Source: an uncultured Pseudomonadales bacterium (lineage in GTDB: Bacteria; Patescibacteriota; Microgenomatia; UBA1400; MFAQ01). From it: a stretch of 64,000 nucleotides of DNA. The notes beneath the pieces were generated by a model, which made no database searches, was not told where the DNA came from, and worked only from the letters and a program-made list of their open reading frames with translations. Made by a program: the position numbers and the translations under genes. How positions within the stretch are numbered: the first letter of the stretch is position 1; every line of letters begins with the position of its first letter. This document shows, one piece after another, positions 48,790 to 57,730 of the stretch. The DNA is taken from positions 47,007-111,006 of the forward strand of contig CAYHNG010000001.1 in NCBI GenBank assembly GCA_964357975.1. Direction: 5' to 3'.

Positions 48790-49605
48790 TTATTTAAGAA
48801 TAATTCGGGCCAATTCCATGAGGGATAGAGGCAGGAATAAAAAAGAGAAAAAGAGATAATACACTGAAGGAAGCGTAAAGATTTTTCTGAGGCCTAGCAA
48901 ACAGATGAGAGAGATGGGCAGATACAAAACCAGATCAAACTTGTCTGGGTTATTGATTAGAGCAATGGAAAATATTCCGGCTAGGAGTGTAGACAATATC
49001 CACGTCCGACTCCTACTCTTGACCAAGAAATAGAGCCCCACCAGGAAGGGAATTATGGCAGAGAATGAGAACTTTTGGAGGTTTTGGTTTTCGAAAATTT
49101 CTCGAGGATGGAGAGAAAAGAAATAATTATTTTGATCCAGGGAAGTAAAAATATTAGCCTTGAATTTATCCTGAAAAATATCGGTTTTGTTGTGATAAAG
49201 TCTGGCAAGGTTTCTACTGGGGATGAGGGAAATCTTTTTGTTTAAAGTATCGAAGGCTAGAGGGTCAGGGGTAAAAATAGAGTAAGCATAAAAGGTCTTC
49301 CAAGAAAATAGAGAAATAAATATTAGGATAACGGCGTAAATAACCAGAGACGTCTTTTTGAAATCAGACCAGTAAAAAATGGTGATGATAACCGGAAATA
49401 ATAAATAGGCCGGGTGAATTAGTGGCAAAACCAAATAAGCAAAATAATGATATTTGAATTTCTTAGTGTAAAGAAGCCAGTCAATCGACAAAACTAAGGC
49501 GGCGACGATAAAAATGGCCGAGTCGGTACGACTCGCTAAAATCAAAGAAAGCGGCCAGAAGATAAAGATGAGGATGGCGGATGTCCAAAAAATTAGATTC
49601 TTCAT
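48790..49605 (-). CDS. Small polytopic membrane protein (HNKTD-motif family), unknown function
   Basis: About 8 TM helices. The loop LARLYHNKTDIF is shared with 51309-52013. The track start at 49614 is a TTG; the ATG at 49605 (MKNLIFW) is preferred. Confidence 0.5.
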   Translation of the reverse strand: MKNLIFWTSAILIFIFWPLSLILASRTDSAIFIVAALVLSIDWLLYTKKFKYHYFAYLVLPLIHPAYLLFPVIITIFYWSDFKKTSLVIYAVILIFISLFSWKTFYAYSIFTPDPLAFDTLNKKISLIPSRNLARLYHNKTDIFQDKFKANIFTSLDQNNYFFSLHPREIFENQNLQKFSFSAIIPFLVGLYFLVKSRSRTWILSTLLAGIFSIALINNPDKFDLVLYLPISLICLLGLRKIFTLPSVYYLFFSFLFLPLSLMELARIILK

Positions 49606-49629
49606 GATAGTCAATTAGAATTATATGCG

Positions 49630-51312
49630 TTATCGATCGGAAACGGCATATAAGCCTGAAGACCGGTTGAGAAAGGGTACGAATAAACGCTGTTTGGAGG
49701 AACCAAGAATCTCTTTGGGTAGGCTCCACGGACCGGCAATATAGAGATTATCTTGACCGTGATCGATGTCCGGCCAGTTGATGGGTGTAAAAAGATAATT
49801 ATCGAAGTCGCTTCCACCAAGCTTTCTGCGAGGATCGGAATTGTAAATATTTGGGTCATACTGTGAATAAAAGAGGAAGTAGAGAAACGGAACGCCGTAG
49901 GTATAGGGACCTTGCGTACCGAATTGAGGGTCGACGTAAACTCGGTCGTACTCCCCGTGATGCTCACCGGCAAAAATGGCCACCTGTTTCCAGCCGAAAG
50001 ACCTGGTTTCCGAAAGCTCCACCGGATAGTGAAGGGTATAGAAGTCCATGAATCGGACTATGCCAAAAAGATAGCCGGCGATAACCAGGACAAGCAAGAG
50101 ATGTTTCATTGTGTTGGTGCGTACTGCACCCAAGCATTGCGTAAGCCCGAGAGCAATAAGGATAGAAATTACAGGGACTACATTTAGGGTCCGCAGTGAG
50201 TGCTGGCTGTTGTTGGTGATAGAGGCCGGCAAGAAAGAGAGAAGAAACCAAACGAGAAGGATCCGAGTAACAAAGCTTTCGGTGATAGAGGCATTGAAAA
50301 ATTTCTTGGACGAGAGTAAAAGCCAGAAACCAATGAGGAGAAAGGGGTACTCGATGGCCAAGATCACTCCCTGACCGGGCCAGCCCGGTGTAGACAGACC
50401 AAGCCCGTTTCCGAGATAAAAATTGGCGGAAAAATATTCCATAAATCTTTTGAACCATAAACCAGCGAGTCCAATGATGGAGGTAAATGAAGCGAGGGGG
50501 TGGTAAGAAAACTTCGGTAAAAGACCATTGGTATAGTCGTAATCTTTTGACAAAAAGGTCATGCCGGCTCTGGATGCTCCCGGACCGATGATAAAGTTTT
50601 GAACAAAGAAGAAAGTGACGCCAAAGAAAAGAACACCGGTGATCAAGAGAGAGACCTTATCCTTCCGGTACCATCCGGTAAGACAGTGAAGAAAGTATCG
50701 ATAATCAGCCAGAATAAAGAAAATGTTGAGGAGAGGCACAACGATTTTGGTAGAGTGATAGGTAATGGCCGAGAGATAGGCAAAGACGAACATAAAAAAG
50801 AAATGAAGCAAACGGCCCGACTTTCGAAACTCAAAGAGAAAGAGCAGATTGGCCAGCAAAAAAGTAAGGGCAAGAACGGCCTCGAAACCGGAACGAGAAA
50901 AAACAATCAACCAGGGAGATAAAGAGAAAAGAAGAGCGGTTAAATAAGACAAGAGTGAATATTTTTGGTTAAAAATATGCCGCCTAGTTAGATACCAAAG
51001 TAGAAAAATGTTGAAGGCGGAGAAAATGGCCACCGGAAGCCGCACACTCCATTCATTTAGACCCAGAAGCCAAACAAAGGGAACTGTCAGATAAACAAGC
51101 ACCGGTGCCTTATAGTCCCCGACCGAACGGAAAGAAATCGGAAACGGGATTCCCCACTCATCCTTACCGGTTTTCAAGATAGAAAAAGCGTTATAACCGA
51201 TGGAGACTTCGTCGATGGTTAAATGTGGCGGGTACTCGGTTAGTCGATAAAGGCGGGTAAAGTAGGTGATAACGAGGATGATGACCCAAAATAATATTTT
51301 CTGTTTGGTCAT
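49630..51312 (-). CDS. PMT/GT39-family GT-C glycosyltransferase, tandem paralog 6
   Basis: HLTIDEVSIGYNAFSILKTGKDEWG...FRSVGDYKAPVLVYL. Confidence 0.75.
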   Translation of the reverse strand: MTKQKILFWVIILVITYFTRLYRLTEYPPHLTIDEVSIGYNAFSILKTGKDEWGIPFPISFRSVGDYKAPVLVYLTVPFVWLLGLNEWSVRLPVAIFSAFNIFLLWYLTRRHIFNQKYSLLSYLTALLFSLSPWLIVFSRSGFEAVLALTFLLANLLFLFEFRKSGRLLHFFFMFVFAYLSAITYHSTKIVVPLLNIFFILADYRYFLHCLTGWYRKDKVSLLITGVLFFGVTFFFVQNFIIGPGASRAGMTFLSKDYDYTNGLLPKFSYHPLASFTSIIGLAGLWFKRFMEYFSANFYLGNGLGLSTPGWPGQGVILAIEYPFLLIGFWLLLSSKKFFNASITESFVTRILLVWFLLSFLPASITNNSQHSLRTLNVVPVISILIALGLTQCLGAVRTNTMKHLLLVLVIAGYLFGIVRFMDFYTLHYPVELSETRSFGWKQVAIFAGEHHGEYDRVYVDPQFGTQGPYTYGVPFLYFLFYSQYDPNIYNSDPRRKLGGSDFDNYLFTPINWPDIDHGQDNLYIAGPWSLPKEILGSSKQRLFVPFLNRSSGLYAVSDR

Positions 51313-52013
51313 AGCTTAAAGTAGGCGGTGATATTCAGCTGGTACAGAAGGTAGACGATATTGGCTATCAGAAAACCAAGCTGAGTCTTTTTTGAAGTTG
51401 TAGAAAAGCCGACAACAGAGAGGAGGGCGAGAAAAAAGAGCACGGCGAAACTAAAGACAAGTGCTTGGTCTACGTAGATAAGACCGGTGAGTAAAAGGAG
51501 AAGGCTCAGAGCCGGAACAAAAAAGTATAAATTGTGAACAGGTTTTTCCCGATGAGCAAAACGAAAATAACGATAAAGAAAATAAATATCCCACGGAAAA
51601 AGATAGCCTAACGGATAGTACTGGTCTAGCCGGTGCCAAAACCCTGAGGCAAAAAGCGCCATTGGGGACAAGAGTTTGTCGAAGTTGTTGATGAAGGTGA
51701 GAGACAGGTCCGTTTTGTTATGAATTAACCTGGAAAGGAGACTGCTTTGGAACTGAGGATGTTCCCCCCTTTGAGCATTGATAGCATTCAGTAAACCCAG
51801 ATCAAGGCCGAGTCGTGGCTTTAGGATAGTCAAGGCAAAGACGATGAGCGCCAGAAAAATAAGAAATTGACCAAGAGATGGTTTTTGGAAAAGATTAAAA
51901 AGTAGATATCCAAGCGATAAGGAGAGAAAAAGAAATAAGGGAGGTTGTCCGGAGAAGACGATAAAAGGTATTAACAAAAGATAGAGAAAGCCAAAGAGGC
52001 CAATTTTTGGCAT
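51309..52013 (-). CDS. Small polytopic membrane protein (HNKTD-motif family), unknown function
   Basis: LSRLIHNKTDLSLTFINNFDKL loop; paralog of 48790-49605. Confidence 0.5.
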   Translation of the reverse strand: MPKIGLFGFLYLLLIPFIVFSGQPPLFLFLSLSLGYLLFNLFQKPSLGQFLIFLALIVFALTILKPRLGLDLGLLNAINAQRGEHPQFQSSLLSRLIHNKTDLSLTFINNFDKLLSPMALFASGFWHRLDQYYPLGYLFPWDIYFLYRYFRFAHREKPVHNLYFFVPALSLLLLLTGLIYVDQALVFSFAVLFFLALLSVVGFSTTSKKTQLGFLIANIVYLLYQLNITAYFKL

Positions 52014-52015
52014 AT

Positions 52016-53266
52016 CTACTTAAGGTGTCCCCTCCTCCTTGTTTGAAGAAGGTCGAAAATAAGAAAGAGACTGACGCCGGCAAACAGACTTCTCACTGAG
52101 CTTTTCAAGAAAACCAAGTCTGTTTTGGCCGCTAAAAGTTTATCAATACCGGGAAAATTATTTAAGCTTTGGTTGATCACGGCGAAAAGCCCTACAGAAA
52201 GAGAGTTATCGAACGTAAGGACAATAAAGATGTAACAGGCAAGTAGCGTCAAATGGAGCCAGAGGTTGCGCCACCGATTGGCGACCAACTCAATAACGAT
52301 GAAAGGAGAAACCCAAAGAAACCACTGGGGGTGGTAATGAGTGACCGAAAAGAGAAGAAGAAAATAACCCAGATAATATTTCCATAATTTCTGAATTGGG
52401 TGGGAAGCCCGGAAGGCGTGTAAGTAGATGAGAACCACTCCGAGAAGATAAGGATAGACACCTTCGGCGGCAGTCACCATCCATTCCATATAGAACATCT
52501 TTTGTGATTTGGCGCCAAATACCATGTACTTGAACGCTGATGAGGACAGAAAGGGAGCAATGGTGAGGAAATATGGAACTAAGCCACAAAGGGCAATCTT
52601 CAGACGATCCCAAAAATCTTTACCGGCAAAGATAATAAAGGGGAGAAGAAAGATGGGATATTGTTTGTAGGCGGCACCTAAAGAAATCATTACAGCCGCC
52701 AGATAAAGATTTTTCCTTTTGGCGAAATAGAGAGAAAGGACGGTGAATAGTGCCGGGATTATATCGAAAACACCCATGGAAAAAGTGGCGTAGAAAGTGA
52801 CCGGATTAAATAACCAGAGCAGGAATGCCCACTTCTTTTGTTTCTCTTCATCGAAAAGGGAGGCCAAAGCAAAAGCCATGCCGATATCGATCAGAAGATA
52901 GGGGAGTTTTAAAAGGATTAGGTTAAAAGATAAATTGGGAAGGGTATATACCGACACTCCACTCATCAAGTCCAAAAAGAACTTTTCCGGGATTATCCAA
53001 GAAAACATTTTGAGAAAACTGCCCAGTGTGAAGTATGTCAGAGGCGGATAGATAAATATGTCCCCTACTCCGAAATTTTGTACTAACGGATGAGTAGTCG
53101 GGAGACTAACGAGATGGTCGTAAATATTGGAAACGTTTTTGTAAGCAAAAAAGTAACTGGTCAGTACCTGTCCGGAGAGATCGGGGTGAAAAGTGATACC
53201 CATGACGACGAGCCGTAGAATAATGGCGACGATTAGAGCTACCCAAAGCGCTTTGGTGAGTTTCAT
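52016..53266 (-). CDS. Polytopic membrane protein, putative GT-C glycosyltransferase (DUF2029/GT87-like)
   Basis: 416 aa, about 11 TM helices, conserved HPD...Y loop near the N-terminus; tentative. Confidence 0.4.
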   Translation of the reverse strand: MKLTKALWVALIVAIILRLVVMGITFHPDLSGQVLTSYFFAYKNVSNIYDHLVSLPTTHPLVQNFGVGDIFIYPPLTYFTLGSFLKMFSWIIPEKFFLDLMSGVSVYTLPNLSFNLILLKLPYLLIDIGMAFALASLFDEEKQKKWAFLLWLFNPVTFYATFSMGVFDIIPALFTVLSLYFAKRKNLYLAAVMISLGAAYKQYPIFLLPFIIFAGKDFWDRLKIALCGLVPYFLTIAPFLSSSAFKYMVFGAKSQKMFYMEWMVTAAEGVYPYLLGVVLIYLHAFRASHPIQKLWKYYLGYFLLLFSVTHYHPQWFLWVSPFIVIELVANRWRNLWLHLTLLACYIFIVLTFDNSLSVGLFAVINQSLNNFPGIDKLLAAKTDLVFLKSSVRSLFAGVSLFLIFDLLQTRRRGHLK

Positions 53267-53326
53267 TTTGATGATTTAGTATACCAAGTCCTGAAGTAAG
53301 GATGAAATATTTGTTAGAATTGGAGG

Positions 53327-54877
53327 GTGAGACAAAATAAATGGCTAATTTTAGGTGGTATCTTTATCTTGGCACTATTGGTCCGATTTTATGCTTTTCG
53401 GGAAAGTGTTTATTTTGGCTTTGACCAAGCCAGAGATGCTTACATTTCGCAAGATATTTTTCTAAAACATGATTTGAGATTTATTGGTCCTCCGGTGTCC
53501 GGGGATACCGGACTATTTCACGGACCACTCTTTTGGTACATCTTAGGACCAATTTATCTGCTGTTAAACGGTGACCCGGCTTTGGTATCCGGAGTTTTCA
53601 GAATACTGAACGCGCTAGGAGTGTTTCTGGTTTTTGGCATCAGCGGATCACTTTTTGGTCCGTTTGTAGGCTACATCTCTGCTTTGTTCTACGCGTTCTC
53701 CTATGAACAGAGTCAGTATTCTCTCTATGTCGGCAATCCCGCACTGGGCGTCCTTTCTGTAATGTTGATATTTTTGGGGGCCGTTTTAATTTATAAAAAC
53801 AGTAAATACGCCAAATGGAGTCCTCTACTAATGCTGGGAGGGGCGGCTTTTTCGATGCAGATGAACCTGATGTTTGTCTACACCTTCGCTATCGTGGCCA
53901 CTTTACTATTTTTACTAAGGAACAAAATAGGCAAAATTGCCGGAAAGTTTTGGTTGTGGGGAATGGTGTTAACAGGTTTGCTACTCTCTACCTTTTTATT
54001 GGTGGAAATTAAATACAATTTCCGAAGTTTCCGGCTGGCCTCCACTATGCTAAAAGCCGGTTATGGGGTGATGGACGCGACGGCTTCCAAATATGTACTT
54101 TTCTTAAACAAAGAGATGGCCATGTATCGTGATAACGTTTTGGCGACAAATAATCAAACTGCGCTAATGGTTTTGGCTATGTTTGTTTCGGTTTGGGTCT
54201 TGTATCAGGCAATTAAAAACAAGAACTTCCAGATTTTAGCGGTGTGGTTGTTTGGTTGGCTTTTCCTAATGATGCTAGGTGGACATACCGCCTATTACAC
54301 TAACGCCGGTCTGGGAACGGCCGTGATTATTGCCGTCGCCGTACTGATAGAAAAAATAAAAAACATCAATAAGTATTTAGCCATCATTTACTGTGGACTA
54401 ATTATCTGGGGAAACTTAAATATGATAAAGACACAAGCTCCGAAAAGTCTGATCCAAGAAATGATTACCCAACAGTCGATGAAGCTTGCCGACGAACACA
54501 AAATGATTGACGAAATGTATACCATTGCCGAAGGTAAGGGCTTTACGGTGCGAATGACCGGAGTGCCCTACAATATTCAAACAGTTTGGGCTTATCTTTT
54601 TCATCAATATGGCTTACCAAAGTATGGCTACCTGCCTTTCTGGGAAGTGGGCAATGTCACGGCTTTCCCCGGCGAGATGCCCGTACCCAAGAGTGGTTCA
54701 ACCTGTCTAAGATTTTTGGGAAGAGAGCCCATGCATGGGCTACCACAAGTATTAGTGGACAATGATGAGGGATTGGAAAAAAAGTTTTCTATAATGGTGA
54801 ACAAGAAGAGTATTGGCAGCTTTACTCTGGAAACTCGAATGTCTATTGACGCTGATTGCCACGACCGCAGACCTTAA
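53327..54877 (+). CDS. ArnT/GT83-like GT-C membrane glycosyltransferase
   Basis: YFGFDQARDAYISQDIFLKHDLRFIGPPVSGDTGLFHGPLFWYILGP. GTG start at 53327; the nearby ATG at 53341 is out of frame. Confidence 0.6.
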   Translation: MRQNKWLILGGIFILALLVRFYAFRESVYFGFDQARDAYISQDIFLKHDLRFIGPPVSGDTGLFHGPLFWYILGPIYLLLNGDPALVSGVFRILNALGVFLVFGISGSLFGPFVGYISALFYAFSYEQSQYSLYVGNPALGVLSVMLIFLGAVLIYKNSKYAKWSPLLMLGGAAFSMQMNLMFVYTFAIVATLLFLLRNKIGKIAGKFWLWGMVLTGLLLSTFLLVEIKYNFRSFRLASTMLKAGYGVMDATASKYVLFLNKEMAMYRDNVLATNNQTALMVLAMFVSVWVLYQAIKNKNFQILAVWLFGWLFLMMLGGHTAYYTNAGLGTAVIIAVAVLIEKIKNINKYLAIIYCGLIIWGNLNMIKTQAPKSLIQEMITQQSMKLADEHKMIDEMYTIAEGKGFTVRMTGVPYNIQTVWAYLFHQYGLPKYGYLPFWEVGNVTAFPGEMPVPKSGSTCLRFLGREPMHGLPQVLVDNDEGLEKKFSIMVNKKSIGSFTLETRMSIDADCHDRRP

Positions 54878-55689
54878 TTCCGTAGTTTCTTGTACTTGAC
54901 GATTTTCTGCCATCTTTGGCCCACGCGCAGAACAAAGTTTAATAAAGCCGAGCCGATGACACCATGGTAGATCTGAGCCGATCTGGCCAGAGGGCTTTTG
55001 AGGTGGTTAGTAAAATTGCCACTAACCCCATGAGCATGTTGAACTTTGGCCTTTGGGAGATAATAAATCGGAAGTCCATATTGGTGAAGACGGCGGCAAA
55101 ATTCGACATCCTCATAATAAAGAAAGAACCTTTCGTCTAATCCTCCGACGTAGTTGAGAACCGACTTTGGAACCAAGAAGGCGGCCATGACCGCAACGTC
55201 CACAGTGGTAACTTCATCTCCCGGATTGTATTTGTTAAAGCAATCCTTACAGCCAAAAAAGTAAAACTTGATGGCATTGACTATTGTAGGGAACTTGAAA
55301 CAGGAAGGCTGAATATTGCCATCATTATTAAGGAGACGTGGCGCAACCGCACCCAACTTGGAAGTTTTCTTGGCAAAATCCAAGAGGTACTTGAGGGCAG
55401 AGCCGACAATGCGAGTGTCCGGATTGATGATCAAAACATACTCACCGTGACAAATTTTTATCCCTTGATTGATCGCTTTCGAAAAACCGATGTTTTCGGT
55501 GTTTCTGATAACTGTTGGCTTTAAAGGATGTTTTTGAGCTCTGTCGGCTCCTTTATCTCCGGGATAGTTATCAACTACGATAATTTCTTTGGAGATACTG
55601 TCACGATTCTTCTGAATTGAGTCCAAAAAAGGGACGATGGTGTCTTCCGATTTGTAACCGACAGTGATGATGGACAGATCAATTTGCAT
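54874..55689 (-). CDS. Glycosyltransferase family 2
   Basis: LSIITVGYKSED...EIIVVDN...LIINPDTR. Confidence 0.85.
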   Translation of the reverse strand: MQIDLSIITVGYKSEDTIVPFLDSIQKNRDSISKEIIVVDNYPGDKGADRAQKHPLKPTVIRNTENIGFSKAINQGIKICHGEYVLIINPDTRIVGSALKYLLDFAKKTSKLGAVAPRLLNNDGNIQPSCFKFPTIVNAIKFYFFGCKDCFNKYNPGDEVTTVDVAVMAAFLVPKSVLNYVGGLDERFFLYYEDVEFCRRLHQYGLPIYYLPKAKVQHAHGVSGNFTNHLKSPLARSAQIYHGVIGSALLNFVLRVGQRWQKIVKYKKLRN

Positions 55690-56557
55690 AGGGAGTGTTC
55701 ACTAATTGAAAAACTTGTTGGTCGGAAAGAAGGAAGTTTCGCCTACGGCCTTTGGTTATATAGTCTTTGAGGGCGGTAAAAACTACTTTCAAATATCTGG
55801 GGTGTTTGAAGGAGTTGCTTACAAGAAAACCGACATGGGAAAGCAACATTTTAAAATCGGAGAAATTTTGCCAAGTAAAGAGAAGCTCGTTCCTCTGTTT
55901 GACCAGATCCATATATTGCTTATTTTTAAGACCAAAAGTTGATTCGTGATGATGGACGACTTTGGGTTCCGGCGCCCAGATAATTTTGTAGCCGGACCGC
56001 CAGGCGCGCCAACCAATGTCGATATCCTCCCAGTAGGCCGGGCTATAAATCTCATTAAAACCGCCTAGTTTATCCCAAATAGAACGACGGAGTATACAGC
56101 TTCCTCCGGAAGGCCAAGCCGAAAAATGAGGATGTTTTTTGTCCTCGCCTCGGACAAACTGGAACTTCCCCGAATGCCAAGATACTTGGGGCCAGGAAGA
56201 GTTTTCTTCATTAAAGTTGACCGCGAAAACTTTGGGGTCTTGGAAATACTTGAGAGCCGACTGGATATAACCGGACTGAGGATAGACGTCATTATTGATA
56301 AAAACCAGAAAGTCGGCTTTGGAGTGTGAGACACCTTCGTTGACCGATTTGGAGAAGCCGATATTTTCCTCGTGGCGAATGCAGATAACTTGGGGTGCCC
56401 ACTTCTTCATATATTTCGGGGCATTATCAGTACCTCCATCGTCAACCACAATAATTTTATCGACCTCAGGAGAAGTCTTGATAACTACCGGAAGATTTTT
56501 TTCCAAAAGCCACTCGGCGTTGTAGGAAGGAATGACGATATCTATGGTTGGTTTCAT
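55679..56557 (-). CDS. Glycosyltransferase family 2
   Basis: IDIVIPSYNAE...IIVVDDGGTD...LVFINNDV. Confidence 0.85.
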   Translation of the reverse strand: MKPTIDIVIPSYNAEWLLEKNLPVVIKTSPEVDKIIVVDDGGTDNAPKYMKKWAPQVICIRHEENIGFSKSVNEGVSHSKADFLVFINNDVYPQSGYIQSALKYFQDPKVFAVNFNEENSSWPQVSWHSGKFQFVRGEDKKHPHFSAWPSGGSCILRRSIWDKLGGFNEIYSPAYWEDIDIGWRAWRSGYKIIWAPEPKVVHHHESTFGLKNKQYMDLVKQRNELLFTWQNFSDFKMLLSHVGFLVSNSFKHPRYLKVVFTALKDYITKGRRRNFLLSDQQVFQLVNTPYAN

Positions 56558-56614
56558 CCTGCCTAAAGTATATCAGGAGGTGGAATGGTTTAGGCCACTT
56601 AACTAATGAAGGTT

Positions 56615-57523
56615 TTAGATTGACAAGAAATCAAGCACCCTACTCAGCAGGCTTTGCTTGGACGCCAATGTAAATCCGGATACCCCAGACACCTTAACTT
56701 CTGTAGGAATTGTGACAGTAAATAATCCGAGTAATTTTTGAACCATAACACCGTCAATTAGATACAAAACCTGTCCGTTTTCAACAACAAGTTCTAATCG
56801 TTCCAGCGAACCGGATGGCGTGACACGAAAGTTTAGATCATCTGAAACCAACTTGACAGCTTCCTCAGGGAGAATCTTGACCTCAAACTCCTTTCCCTCT
56901 GACTCGACAAAAATCTGTTGAGTTTTCGGGTCTATGTTTAGTGATAACTCTGTATGAACAGTGGTACTGCCTTGAGTGATCTCTATCGAGCTATCATCCG
57001 GGCTATTTTTGAAACTGACCACACCGTGTTCAATTTCCATCTCTATCTCTTTATCCTCTATTTCTTCGGTTTCACCAGACTCACTAGCGACCAATATTTT
57101 CATACTACTTTCGCTTTGAATCTTGATTTGTTCAATACTTTCTTGCTTCTGCTCCTTGTCTTCCTCTTCGATCTTTTTGACTATTTCACTATTAGTTTCT
57201 CTGATTTTTTGTTCTTCCTCGTCATTCTTTTTGAGTTGCTCCCTAACTCTTTCGATCTCTTTTTTGCCCGCTTCTTTTTGCTTTTCTTCTTCAATTTGCT
57301 CCTGCTCTTCTACCACTTCATTTTGTTCTTCAGCCTCCTTCGGCTCTTGATTTTCATCCCGTTCCACATCTCCTGCCTTATCGTCTTCATCCCCTAACAC
57401 AGAAGGTGAAGATTGGGTAATGTTTCCATTTAAGTCGATTCTGATTAAAGCGTAAACTGGTTTGGATACAAAGACGACGAATAAAGCGGTTAATATTAAT
57501 GGGATAAGAGATTTGTTTGTCAT
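56615..57523 (-). CDS. Secreted or membrane-anchored protein with a Glu/Lys/Gln-rich low-complexity (coiled-coil-like) region
   Basis: Signal-anchor MTNKSLIPLILTALFVVFVSKPVYA, then a roughly 120-aa EEQ/EK-rich repeat region and a C-terminal beta-rich domain. Confidence 0.6.
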   Translation of the reverse strand: MTNKSLIPLILTALFVVFVSKPVYALIRIDLNGNITQSSPSVLGDEDDKAGDVERDENQEPKEAEEQNEVVEEQEQIEEEKQKEAGKKEIERVREQLKKNDEEEQKIRETNSEIVKKIEEEDKEQKQESIEQIKIQSESSMKILVASESGETEEIEDKEIEMEIEHGVVSFKNSPDDSSIEITQGSTTVHTELSLNIDPKTQQIFVESEGKEFEVKILPEEAVKLVSDDLNFRVTPSGSLERLELVVENGQVLYLIDGVMVQKLLGLFTVTIPTEVKVSGVSGFTLASKQSLLSRVLDFLSI

Positions 57524-57730
57524 GTAGTCATGTTAGCACGATAACCAAAAAGGCGACGATATTGACTATACAACCACGCTCTCCTTTTGAATCCTCTCAA
57601 TTAAGTCACCTCTGAGAAATCTCACACGTCATCGCCCAAAGATATCATAAGTTGATGGACTGGCTCCCCTCCTCCTAATAACTACACATGGACTATAATT
57701 GAGAGGTGATTGTAATTACCCCATATTGAG

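Noticed and set aside
53166-53212. Segment 'gagat…cggggtgaaaagtgataccc…atgacgacgag', resembling the termini of the hairpin repeat
   Set aside because: Only the short terminal words match. The internal hairpin and UUCG loop are absent and the spacing differs. Could be chance; not counted as a copy.
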